Shown one piece after another: positions 24,907-38,379 of a stretch of DNA of 64,000 nt. The position numbers and the translations under genes were made by a program. How positions within the stretch are numbered: the first letter of the stretch is position 1; the number at the start of each line of letters is the position of its first letter. The notes beneath the pieces are model-generated. The model saw only the letters and a program-made list of their open reading frames with translations. It was not told where the DNA came from and did not search any database. This DNA comes from Antedon mediterranea (taxonomy: Eukaryota > Animalia > Echinodermata): contig NC_092673.1 in the NCBI RefSeq assembly GCF_964355755.1, positions 2,542,001 to 2,606,000 of the forward strand, written 5' to 3'.

Positions 24907-27161
24907 AAAATTGATATTCATCAAAACCTATTTAGTAGAGATAGATAACACCAGTTAATTAATACAACTCTAAATGAACAGTGATAAAAAAAAACACTGA
25001 CGTTGATGTACATGTCCCTAATGTCTTCAACGCATTTCCAAAAAAAGTTATTTTTCTGGGCCAAACAGAATTACCGATTTATATCAAATAAATCATTTGC
25101 CATGTATAAACTAGGTCAGGTTGCCAGCATATTACAGATGTAATTAGCACTTTAACAATTATGCCACTCACCTATCGGGGATTATTTGTTAATCAATTTG
25201 TGAATTAGAGGGTGCCATTTTACGTATATGACACGAATCCGCATTTACTTAATGAACTGCGTTGTTGAGTCGACTGATTTGTCCAGAAATAGATGTTCTT
25301 TATTAAATCCTTTATAATATCTGTGTCACTGAATCTATACATACGTCTACATTCAATGTACTCTTTTGTTTTATATTGTAATTTAGTGAAATAATGTTGA
25401 GAAAAAAAGTGGCTTGTTATATAAGAAAGTACAAGAATGAATAATAAATAGTATTCCCATTTGATTTCTTCTTTCAAGTCTGTATTATAAAGCTCTGTCT
25501 ACACTAACTTTATGTGACAAAAAGTCTCAAAACTCAACAGTTCTTTTGAGAACTAATACATGTGGTGTACCGCAAACTTTATATCAACATTTGATTTTGC
25601 CATGCAAACCTTTAAACAAACAAATGTGCACATATATTTATATCTCTTTTTATTGTCAAAATGTAAAATAATAATTACATTGCTTAACTTGTTTGACAAA
25701 AAGACAAAATAAAAAGCTTTCACTTTTATTTATAATTCATTCAATCTTTCAAATTTTTGTTCTTGTTTTGTATTTAAAAACTTCTATAATCCATTTTGAT
25801 CTCTACCAAAAATGAATATTTTTAAAGAAAAACAATTTGTGGCATATACTGTATATTCATTTTTTTTGTAAATCCTCTAGAAAAAAGCATTAATAATATT
25901 TCACAGGAGGTTGTATAAATGTTACACGCTGTAATTGGCATTTTAATGGAGATTAACAACAAAAAACCCAGAAGTGGATAATAATACAGAATAACAAATG
26001 AGAAGACTACATATAAGACACTTTGTCTTCTTCAAACAAAACATTTTCAAAAAACCGACACAAAAATTTGATCAACGACCAATAATGATTTGCAATAGAT
26101 GCATTTATATAATGAAATTACGACGAGTTTTCAACAGAACGTTGGAATAGACGTAACAGAAATATCGAGTTTAATGAAAACGCCCGAGGGCGTGTATAAT
26201 GAAGCAAATGATGAATACTTTTGATAACACGTTAGAAGGATGCAGTTATCATCGTGCCATGTTTAGTAGTTTTTAGTACATTTTGCACGAACTGCATTCG
26301 ATTAAACGACCATTTGAACAAATTATGCAATAAATATATTGTTATATTTAGTGGCCAATCCAGGATTTCAAAATAGTGGCCTAAAAAATATTGTAAAATG
26401 AGGTGGTACCTAATGAACTTCACCTAATGTGTCCAATGTATTTTTGCATTGTATTTGCCAAAATGTAGGGGAGTCCAGACCAGGTGAAGGTCCCACACCC
26501 CTACTCTGAAACAACCTATGATATATTATCTATATTAGACTTTCATAGTCTCATGCCACCATTTTGTCTGATTTTCGTGTATTAATGTATAGTAAGAAAA
26601 TAGTATTACCAATTTTAAAATAATATTTTACAAACATGTACGCCTCCTCCTCCTGCCAAATTCAATTTGTTGTTTAAGTTTGACTCAAAAAGCTGACAAA
26701 ATGGAAAGTTGGCATTTAACCAACACAAAGACGATTTTCGTTCTATAATACTGCAATATAGAACTGAATTAATGTCACGATACAAGATAAATAGAAAAAC
26801 CAGTGGTTGTCAAGTTAACACCTAGCACACCCACTCCCCATGTGATTAGAAGTCCTCCTGGTAAAAACACATTGTGTTTAGTGCAGGGACCTCATGAGAC
26901 AATTAAAACTAATGATGCAGAAAATATCGTTAGTCAATGATAATGTTGGCATTATGCCCAGAATAACAATTCTGAAAATATTTTTGAGCTAAAATAAAAC
27001 AGCAAATGCATATTATTGATAACAAATAATTTTTGGATAAACGCTGAGCTGAACGTATGTGTTGTTAATAAAAACTATTTACTGAAGGCTTTGACACTTT
27101 ATGATGGACTGAAACGACACTTTAAATCCTACCGAGGCATGACAGTAAGCTCTTTCTTTTA

Positions 27162-27462
27162 AAGCTTTGTCTACACTATCAAACTAAACACTAAAAAGTG
27201 TGACGTGGCCACATATGGTAGTGATGCTTAAATATGGTAGTGATATGACATCATCTTAAAGACTTTTACAAGAACAAGTAGACACTAACACAATAACATA
27301 CCATCCTGCGATAAACAGACAAAAATGGAAACAAATTGTGGAAAGCCTAATGTCGGAAGACGGAAAACGTTAAGAAGAAGAGAAGAAGATGACATCATCA
27401 TGTCCATATATGGGCACATCACATTTTTTGTCACATAAAGTTTGATAGTGAAGACAGAGCTT
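27162..27462. mobile_element. MITE family A copy interrupted by a 133-bp retroelement insertion
   Basis: Both TIRs present; body split at duplicated atgacatcatc. Confidence 0.85.
27256..27388 (+). mobile_element. 5'-truncated RTE-like LINE 3' end with (AAG)n tail and 11-bp TSD
   Basis: Translates RLLQEQVDTNTITYHPAINRQKWKQIVESLMSEDGKR* (A.NR..W+.IV, RTE-type C-terminus); tail gaagaagagaagaag; TSD atgacatcatc at 27245-27255 and 27389-27399. Confidence 0.78.
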
Positions 27463-27828
27463 TATACTGCATCAGTTTGTGAAATCACGTAACCAGCTAT
27501 AGGTTAACATACATATTAATCGAAATGATGCTTTCAAAAAGTGCTCAGTAACGCAACTCTTATGAATTGCCTGAATAATCCCATATCAAATTACACATGT
27601 GTTAATATTCACATATAAAACATTAGGAGAATAAATCTATTTCTCCATGAGTAGTTTTAAAAAGAATTGCATTTATTGATAAATTTTCTGTGGTAATAGC
27701 ATTGAATAATAGTATCAAATTATTATTTATATACATATCATAAATGCATTTAGTTAATTTAAAACAGCAAGTTATTGATGTTTTTAAACTATTTATGGAT
27801 GTAGCTAAAAAGTATAGGGGCGGGTTTA

Positions 27829-27969
27829 AGCTCTGTCTACACTACTAAACTAGTGTGGTGTGCCCAAATATGGTGGTGATATGCTTAAATATGGTAGTGA
27901 TATGACATTATCATATCCATGTCCATCACATTTTTTTGTCACATAAAGTTTGATAGTGTAGACAGAGCT
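27829..27969. mobile_element. Complete MITE family A copy (Harbinger-like TIR)
   Basis: Perfect 16-bp TIRs agctctgtctacacta / tagtgtagacagagct with TTAA context at both ends. Confidence 0.9.
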
Positions 27970-29460
27970 TAAAGCTGGGTGGAATACTGTACATTTGCCA
28001 AACACACTGCTGTCAAATACCCCAAACATACAATCATTAGAACCATTGCATTTAATATGCAGGTTGGTCCTGTGTTTATTTTGGAATATTTTCCATATTA
28101 CTGTACAACAAGCTATTTGTTCGATATGGCACTATAATTGCACTAAAGGACAAACGTATGGGTTTATGCTATCACACAATGAGGTTAATATCTCATATTA
28201 TAACAAATTATATCGTTAATATTCATAATAATGATGTATTGTTCTTAAAGTGATAGTTCAGTAAAAAAAATATGTTTCATAAGAAATTATTTGCCTTTAG
28301 TTATTAAAGACAATGTTTCTGTAGTATAACACAATGCCATTCAATTATCTCTTTTAAAAAAACTAATTATATTGAATTATAATATTCATCATACAATATT
28401 GGAGGGTGGAGTTCAATCAAAGAACAAACTGTTATTAAGAGATTTTTGTTTTTTGGATCTCTGTGTTAAAATAACCAATTCATGCATAAAATTGAATTAA
28501 AACAACCTGACCTAGAAATATGATTTTAATTAGTTTTATAAGTTTAAGGATGATTTAACAGATAAACAGATTGTTTTTTAGTAGGTTAACGACATCTTTC
28601 GTTTTCTCTTCTATTTCGAATGTTTTTATTTTATTTCAGTTGAGTAAATTTCTGTCACAAGCCAGCTTTGTCCTTGAAATACACCGGATGTAAAAATGAA
28701 ATTTAAGATCTATTTAAATTCAATTTCATATTCTCTTTTTAGGTAAATATTTACAGAGCGCTAATGAAGCAAAAAGAGCACATGGTAGATTTACAACTAG
28801 AAGTGTAAAATTACAGCAGAAAAATGAGCGACAAGCATTGTTTAATGATGATGTCTAGTTATGTAATCCAGCGGGTGACAATATTATCTGACATAATTAT
28901 GACATTGCTGTACTTTCTTTTGTAACCTTGCCGAATGAAACACTTGTTGGCTGAGGTCCACAAACGAAACAAACAGCAAAATAATGAGCATGATATGCTG
29001 TTGACATTACAAAGCAGACAATGTTTGGAAGGCTGCCAACATTTAGTCAGATTGTAGTAAATGCTGACAAAGTACTGTGCTTTTTATCATTTTTTAGGCT
29101 TTTTTTTCTTTAAATATTGTAATTAACAGAGTAAAATTTCTGTCTGTTGATGTACAGTGTGGTGTACATCACACAATAACAAACAGTTATTTTTTGTTTT
29201 TAGTATATTTTTATTATTGTAGAAAGATTAAGTTCATCAAATCCTCTTCCACCCCCACCTCACACATTTTGATGTTTGAAAGACGTAGAGATGGGGAGGA
29301 GAAAGGGAAGAAAACATGGACAAGATACCGAAACCAATAAAGAAACTGTGTATAGCAATTTCTTTTTGTTTGTAATTATTTTGAAAGATGAAATAATAAA
29401 TCAAGGATGGAAACTTGGGTTGGGACTTATACTAACTTATTACTTTATCTGTAACTTTAA

Positions 29461-29639
29461 AGCGTGCTTCCCACTAGCGACGCAACGCAAGGACGTAACG
29501 CAACGCAAGTGAATTGACCAATCACAAGCGATGGCTTATTCGCTTGTGATTGCTAACTGTCTATAACTTCGCTTGTCATTGGTTAAAACGCTTGCGTTGC
29601 GTTTACGTCCTTGCGTTACGTTCTAGTGGGAACCAAGCT
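29461..29639. mobile_element. Complete palindromic MITE family B, PIF/Harbinger-like
   Basis: Long imperfect inverted repeat (ttcccactag..gacgtaacgcaacgcaag / cttgcgttgcgtttacgtc..ctagtgggaa); TAA on both flanks (29458-60, 29640-42). Confidence 0.88.
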
Positions 29640-31937
29640 TAACAAAGCATGCATTATGTATAGGCCTACTAGTATCTGACATTGTACATAAAATAATCAT
29701 AAACAAGCATTTTATGTTTTGTTCACATCATTCTTTATAAATTACGGACAAACTCAATAGATTAAATTTTAGGGCATCTGCTCATACACATCAAATTAAA
29801 TGTGGATCATAGTGCCGTTCTATAGACATCATCAAATTCACACATGAATCAATAAATACCAATATATTTAGAATGTGTCTGTTTATGAGTACCGGTACAA
29901 TTTTTATATTATAATATTTTTTTTTATTATATTCAATAACATGTCCAATAAACAACTACGGTATAAACATAACATACATAACATTTGAATGATTGATCCT
30001 GCGGGTATTATTACAATTTACATTATATGTAAAAAAAGCATGACAAAACCTGCAGCGAAAAATTTTTGATGGAAAATGCATTATATAAAACCGTAATAGA
30101 AGTAATCTAAAAGAAAACTGATTATATCTATTACTATTTTCCATGGCATTTCCATATTGCATAAAAAAATACTTTTGAAAAACACAAAAGATTTGATAAT
30201 TTACAACTGTTCTAGCATCAAGAAAAAAAGAATAGCATTACCCTAAACACACTAGCATACTAAATGCAGAAAAGTCGCTGACAAAACACAGCCTTTTAAC
30301 ACCATCAAGGCCAGTCATTCTACCATTTTACTGGGTCATGTTATTCCTGGGGGAGTGGAAAACTAACATAACAATCAAGCTAACTAAACTCTGTACTGTT
30401 CTCGGTAAGCTGAGTGTACTGTACGTGAATAGGTATATTTTCATTCAAGTACAATCAATTCATTTTGGTTATTTAGGACATAGAGATATTATTATTATAG
30501 TGAACTATACTGTAATATCTCTATGTTTAGGATTATCTTTGATTATCTTTAAAAAGCAAGAATTTTGTTTACTGCTACTAGAGTACGGTAGTGTCATACA
30601 ATTTTGGTAAAAATATTGTATAGGTCTTGCTTCCATATTTAGCCTAAATTAGGAGGTGAGATTATATAGCATAGTATTATACTCCGTATTAATAGTATAT
30701 GACTGAGTATAATAGCATTCTCATATATAATCTTACCTCTTAAAATATGGACCATGACTTCCATTGTTAATGAAATGCGTATCCCCTAATTTTTGTACCC
30801 AGACTATACTTAGTCATATTCGTTAAAAAAAATTGAATGATGGATAGAAAAAAATGGTATGATGTAGTATTAATGTTAATATTAAGTATTAATGTTTTAT
30901 TTAATGTTAAATATCACATTCCTTTTCACAATAAGATGTAAATTTATTCAACAAGTTAATAGTCGTTTGATGAAATTATTTGTTCAATATCTTACTTTGA
31001 TATTTAGTAAGTACTAATGAGTCATGAATACAAAATAGGTTAAATATTCTGAATAAATTAAAAACATTAACGCAAAGTTGATCATTGTTTGCGTTAGTTT
31101 AAGCAAACAAAACTTGGAAAGAATTTAATATTGGTATAACATTGGACAGTAGTATTAGGGTAGCAATTATTTTTTATTCAAAGACATAAAATAAAGACAT
31201 AAAATAGTGATTTAACGATGTAACACATACCAGGCTAAATATACTGATACTATGCATGTAAACACTATTAAAATGTAAGTATATTAATATTTTTAAATCA
31301 TGTTTTCCTAATGTAAATCTACAAATCTGTTTTTACAATATATACCATTTAATATTTTATCATTGAGTTTAGGTAGGTGCCTAGTGATGAATGAAAAGTG
31401 ATAATATTTTGTCAAATTCAAAGTTTAAACACATAGTAATTAGCAAACTATTTCATTAGTATTACGTGTGCAACTTTACACTATATGAACAAGAAAGTGT
31501 AATAATCGGATTATACTCTATATTCAATTGAAACAAAATTGTTCTCTTTACACCATTGTTTTAATACCGAATATTTGCACCTTTGCAGGATGCCTTGTGT
31601 TGAGATTGACAACAGCATCATGTAGAATTGTATGCGAGAGTGTTATCATCATGCTATCTCATGTGCGACATTAAACACCTTTTTGAATAACCAAGTCTAT
31701 GGTTGATAAAAAATTAAAATTGATTGATATTTAAAAAAATTGTTAAAGGTTAGAGTCAGTGGAATGGAAAAATGGTTTCAGAAAAATGCAAAATTTTCCC
31801 ACCATTAAAAAAAATTCGGTCATGTTTCATAATTATAATCCTGACACCACAATACACACTGAGCAGTACAGCCATTTATTCCTGTTTTACCTTCCAAACA
31901 ACAATTTTGCATTTCCTAGTTCATGAAAATGTGTTAA

Positions 31938-32169
31938 AGATTGTCACCAAAAACATGAAAAATGAAGATTAATAAATCAGACTTTAAATAGGCCATTTTG
32001 TAGTTTTGATACAGATAATCACTTATATTTCACTTATAAAACGACCAAAAAAACAGTTAATTTTAAAGACAATTTAAATATTGTTCATTTTTTTGGTTTC
32101 GATAACTATTATGTGACATTAAAATGGCATATTCAACAAAATATTTGAAATAAGGGGGACAATATATCT
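31938..32169. mobile_element. Non-autonomous TTAA-flanked element (Kolobok-like)
   Basis: TTAA at 31934-37 and 32170-73; AG..CT termini; imperfect TIR agattgtcacc / ggggacaatatatct; related copy near 19000. Confidence 0.55.
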
Positions 32170-32665
32170 TTAAATTGTTAATGTATTAATATAGCACACT
32201 ATTATCATTTAAAAATAAACAATGATGCCATATTTCAACGTGTTTAGTTTTATAAAGTTGTAATATGGGATTCATTTAGAATCTGTTATTGTTGTTATTA
32301 ATCTAAATATTTGTAACTAGCAAATGTGGTAATATATTGAAGTGCCAACGTAAACCATCAGGTGAATTAACGATTAATTGAAAGGGATGAAAAAAAACCA
32401 ATATCCTGGTGCAAACACTGAATAGCTACGTTTGTCAAAAATACAATTAAACACTCTAGCCATCTTTGTATCTTCTCTTTAAAATAACAAACACTTTGTG
32501 AAGCATTCCTGTCCTTTCTATATTTATCCATTTAGTAAAAACAAACAAGTGCACAGAGTATAGAGCAACGGACTGAAAAAACATGGTAGATAATTGGAAA
32601 AGGTGTTTAACGCAAAATAAAAACCTGTCAAATATTTTTGTTTTGTTATGGTTCTGTATAGAGTG

Positions 32666-34850
32666 ATACTGTTATATTCAATAGTATTGCTATATGAAAA
32701 TAACACTGTTATATTCAATAGTATTGCTATATGAAAATAACACTGTTATATTCAATAGTATTGCTATATGAAAATAACACTGTTATATTCAAAAGTATTG
32801 CTATATGAAAATAACACTGTTATATTCAATAGTATTGCTATATGAAAATAACACTGTTATATTCAATAGTATTGCTATATGAAAATAACACTGTTATATT
32901 CAATAGTATTGCTATATGAAAATAACACTGTTATATTCAATAGTATTGCTATATGAAAATAACACTGTTATATTCAATAGTATTGCTATATGAAAATAAC
33001 ACTGTTATATTCAATAGTATTGCTATATGAAAATAACACTGTTATATTCAATAGTATTGCTATATGAAAATAACACTGTTATATTCAATAGTATTGCTAT
33101 ATGAAAATAACACTGTTATATTCAATAGTATTGCTATATGAAAATAACACTGTTATATTCAATAGTATTGCTATATGAAAATAACACTGTTATATTCAAT
33201 AGTATTGCTATATGAAAATAACACTGTTATATTCAATACAGTATTGCTATATGAAAATAACACTGTTATATTCAATACAGTATTGCTATATGAAAATAAC
33301 ACTGTTATATTCAATACAGTATTGCTATATGAAAATAACACTGTTATATTCAATAGTATTGCTATATGAAAATAACACTGTTATATTCAATAGTATTGCT
33401 ATATGAAAATAACACTGTTATATTCAATAGTATTGCTATATGAAAATAACACCGTTATATTCAATAGTATTGCTATATGAAAATAACACCGTTATATTCA
33501 ATAGTATTGCTATATGAAAATAACACCGTTATATTCAATAGTATTGCTATATGAAAATAACACCGTTATATTCAATAGTATTGCTATATGAAAATAACAC
33601 CGTTATATTCAATAGTATTGCTATATGAAAATAACACTGTTATATTCAATAGTATTGCTATATGAAAATAACACTGTTATATCCAATAGTATTGCTATAT
33701 GAAAATAACACTGTTATATTCAATACAGTATTCCTGTATGAAAATAACACTGTTATATTCAATACAGTATTCCTATATGAAAATAACACTGTTATATTCA
33801 ATAGTATTGCTATATGAAAATAACACTGTTATATTCAATAGTATTGCTATATGAAAATAACACTGTTATATTCAATAGTATTGCTATATGAAAATAACAC
33901 TGTTATATTCAATAGTATTGCTATATGAAAATAACACTGTTATATTCAATAGTATTGCTATATGAAAATAACACTGTTATATTCAATAGTATTGCTATAT
34001 GAAAATAACACTGTTATATTCAATAGTATTGCTATATGAAAATAACACTGTTATATTCAATAGTATTGCTATATGAAAATAACACTGTTATATTCAATAG
34101 TATTGCTATATGAAAATAACACTGTTATATTCAATAGTATTGCTATATGAAAATAACACTGTTATATTCAATAGTATTGCTATATGAAAATAACACTGTT
34201 ATATTCAATAGTATTGCTATATGAAAATAACACTGTTATATTCAATAGTATTGCTATATGAAAATAACACTGTTATATTCAATAGTATTGCTATATGAAA
34301 ATAACACTGTTATATTCAATAGTATTGCTATATGAAAATAACACTGTTATATTCAATAGTATTGCTATATGAAAATAACACTGTTATATTCAATAGTATT
34401 GCTATATGAAAATAACACTGTTATATTCAATAGTATTGCTATATGAAAATAACACTGTTATATTCAATAGTATTGCTATATGAAAATAACACTGTTATAT
34501 TCAATAGTATTGCTATATGAAAATAACACTGTTATATTCAATAGTATTGCTATATGAAAATAACACTGTTATATTCAATAGTATTGCTATATGAAAATAA
34601 CACTGTTATATTCAATACAGTATTCCTATATGAAAATAACACTGTTATATTCAATAGTATTGCTATATGAAAATAACACTGTTATATTCAATAGTATTGC
34701 TATATGAAAATAACACTGTTATATTCAATAGTATTGCTATATGAAAATAACACTGTTATATTCAATAGTATTGCTATATGAAAATAACACTGTTATATTC
34801 AATACAGTATTGCTATATGAAAATAACACTATATTCAATACAGTGTATTG
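32666..34850. repeat. 37-bp tandem satellite, ~59 highly homogeneous copies
   Basis: Unit gtattgctatatgaaaataacactgttatattcaata; 39-bp (+ca) and accgtt variants occur in contiguous blocks. Confidence 0.98.
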
Positions 34851-37709
34851 CAGTATGAAACTAATATACAGTGTTTTCTCTTATAAAACATAAGGGAACT
34901 GGTGTACTGTGGACTATATTTTCAATTAAATGAAATATATTACAATCATTTTTCCACATACAAAATTTAATATAGAAAAGATAGTTTTTAAAGGTTAAAA
35001 TGTAATAAATTATAATTATTAAGTATGTCTAAACATATAAAAAATACTGAATATATTATAATTTAGCAAAAATTTTATTTCAAAATAAGTTATAATGAAT
35101 GTCATCAATCATATAAAATAAAAAGTTATTGGGCTTATATTGGAATATATTATTAAAGCAGAATAACAAATACCATCTGCTAGCTGGCATTATGATTCAA
35201 CACTAAGCCATATACACTAAATTTAATTTTAAGGATAGATGCCAAGTAGAAATGAAAGGATAATATGCAACTATTGTTGCACATAAATAAAGCAAAGCTA
35301 GAATTTCTGCTACAGGCGACTTCATTTTCAATCAGCTTGTTAGAAAGATTTGGATAGCAGAAACAAAAACAAAATCACGATTAATTCTGGCGTCTTAGGC
35401 AGAACGTAATACTTATAAATATTACATAACAGCGATGCGACACGTTAGCCATCTCGCAGAGTTCAATGTTTCCCTGGATGAACAACCCACATGAGGAACC
35501 AAGATAACTTGGCTGTCAGCCAACTAACATAATTTGTGATAGCAATAATTGTAACATGGCTTGTAAATTGACCAATCACAACGTTTATCAGGAATAAACT
35601 TTCTTTTACCAATCAGAAGCAAGATGAAGATGTTTATAGATTTTAAATTGGGAATTAAATTTCCATTGTTCTTCAAAATTTACATTTTAATTGTTTGATT
35701 ATTAGTTTTTATCCATGCTATATATAAACCTTTTACTAGAATTGCTTTCCCTTTTATGCAAAGAATTTTGTAAAATTCATATGTTGATATAAGTATGGTA
35801 AATTAGGCTGGCTTCACTAATTGTGGACAAATTTCATATTTATTATCAGAATTCATGCATCATAAATTGTTTTATTTTTCTATTTATTCGGCCAAATTAT
35901 CTATTATCTTCAAGAACAAATGTTGTTTTTTCTTAGTTTAATGGAAAAAAAAAAATTAATTCTTACAAGTTTTATACAAAAGGATGTTATGAGGTAGTTT
36001 ATACATCAACAACGGCATACTTCATTAAATTGCATCACTTTCTATAAAAGCAATATATACAATTTTATTCAAGCATGTTAAGGACAAGAGAGACTAATTA
36101 ATTCACATTCAGAAAGTAAATGGAGCGTACGGAATAAACACCGACGACATCAATAAGAAGAGAAGTTTTCAAATCGTAATAAATCATCCGATAAAACACA
36201 ATGTATGCAGTTGACCCACGGGATGGCGAATATAACGGTGGTCGACCTCCTCTAGCTGCAGGGTAGTGATCAAGATGTGTACGAGGGCAGATGTTGAAAT
36301 ATCTCAACGGCTCAAACATGCGAGAGCTTAACAAACACGAGTACCAGGTTAAATTAAACCCTTGTTTTACATCTCTTGTTACGCCAAGGTCCAATGCATC
36401 CATGGTGATATTTAATATCTTGCATATTGTACAGTAAATGATACATTAGCTAAATAATCTTGCCTTTAGGTAGAAGTTACACCTCAGCGAAGTTTAAAAT
36501 GGTCAGCGATAAAAGACATTCTTGTAAATTCTTCCTGTAACTCTGCATTTTTTGGTTTTACACTATCCTAATAAGGTCAAAACCCTAATTGGATGAATAT
36601 TTAATAACAATAATGCAATCTATCAGAGCGTACTACAAATTAAAATATTTGGGAGTTACTTCTTATATGAATTCTGCTCACGATACCAAATTATTTGATT
36701 TATTTCTCGCCGCAATATGAATTGAGGAAAGGTGGACTTTGTCCAATGATTGTCAACAACCCCTTGAACATCAAAGTAACTTTGAAGGCTATTCTGATAA
36801 GTATAATGTCTAAAAATACACTTAACATCATCCCAAATCCTTAGTATAGCCTTATATTAACCCGTTATAATGCTTTTAATGTTGTCGGCTTCATCCTCAC
36901 AAAGCTGACTGAACATTGATAGGTCTCCAAAGACTCCCGAGTTCAGTTCATCGATCAACTACATGTCATGGTCAACATATTAATGGACAACGTACTTTAC
37001 CAATAAAAAACTGTACAATTTATACCGATTTTCTAAATTACTTTTTTAACTATCAAAGGCATATATCATTACATTATTAAACTGGCTATTAGTTAGGAAA
37101 CTGCACTTTTTACTGATCCAATTTGTATTTATCATCTGCATCAATTCATCTTCAAAGGTAGAAAAGCATCGGAATAAATCATACAACTGATGGCAAAATA
37201 TATCATAAGCTGAAACATGTTATCGAACATCAACACTTTGAACCACTTTCCGACAATGACTTCAACCTTGGAATAGAGTACAGTCTTACGAACGTTGCAT
37301 TCTTAACTAAATGAATCGTTAATATACGCAATTAGCCAATTACCCGAAACTAGTCAGGGCGATCACCTCATCCAAGTTTATGCATGCTTAATCTAGGTTT
37401 ACTGCAAAATGATTTATTAGAAAATATCAATTTAAAAATGACAAAATATTTCGTTTTATTTTTAAGCTCATAAATCAGAAACCTTTAGGGTTTAACATAT
37501 GTTGATATACATTTATATATCGGGGCATCTGTCCTGTAAATCTCCAATAGCTACGATTTGTTATATACTGTACAACACTCTTTGATATTTTCTTTGACTG
37601 AGCTAAACAAAGAATAACAGTAGGTTATTTACAGTAGTTGTATATCATGATGTATAAAATAGATAACTATCATTGTTTAAACAATCCACGGTAATTATGG
37701 TATACTAGG

Positions 37710-38379
37710 TGCTGTATTGATATCATAGATACTGCTGTATTGATATCACAGATACTGCTGTAGTGATATCACAGATACTGCTGTAGTGATATCACAGTTT
37801 CTGCTGTAGTGATATCACAGTTTCTGCTGTAGTGATATCACAGTTTCTGCTGTAGTGATATCACAGTTTATGCTGTAGTGATATCACAGTTTCTGCTGTA
37901 GTGATATCACAGTTTCTGCTGTAGTGATATCACAGTTTCTGCTGTAGTGATATCACAGTTTATGCTGTAGTGATATCACAGTTTATGCTGTAGTGATATC
38001 ACAGTTTATGCTGTAGTGATATCACAGTTTATGCTGTAGTGATATCACAGTTTATGCTGTAGTGATATCACAGTTTCTGCTGAAGTCATATCACAGTTTC
38101 TGCTGAAGTCATATCACAGTTTCTGCTGAAGTCATATCACATTTACTGCTGAAGTCATATCACATTTACTGCTGAAGTAATATCACAGTTACTGCTGTAG
38201 TGATATCACAGTTACTGCTGTAGTGATATCATAGTTACTGCTGTAGTTATATCATAGTTACTGCTGTAGTTATATCATAGTTACTGCTGTAGTGATATCA
38301 TAGTTACTGCTGTAGTGATATCATAGTTACTGCTGTAGTGATATCATAGTTACTGCTGTAGTGATATCATAGTTACTGC
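37710..38379. repeat. 23-bp minisatellite, ~29 copies
   Basis: Unit ctgctgtagtgatatcacagttt with palindromic core gtgatatcac; variants change block-wise along the array. Confidence 0.97.

Noticed and set aside
33171-33406. Repetitive ORFs in the track
   Set aside because: Artefacts of three consecutive 39-bp satellite variants.
32666-34850. CRISPR-like array (37-bp partially palindromic repeat)
   Set aside because: Units are head-to-tail with no unique spacers, there are no cas genes, and the context is eukaryotic.
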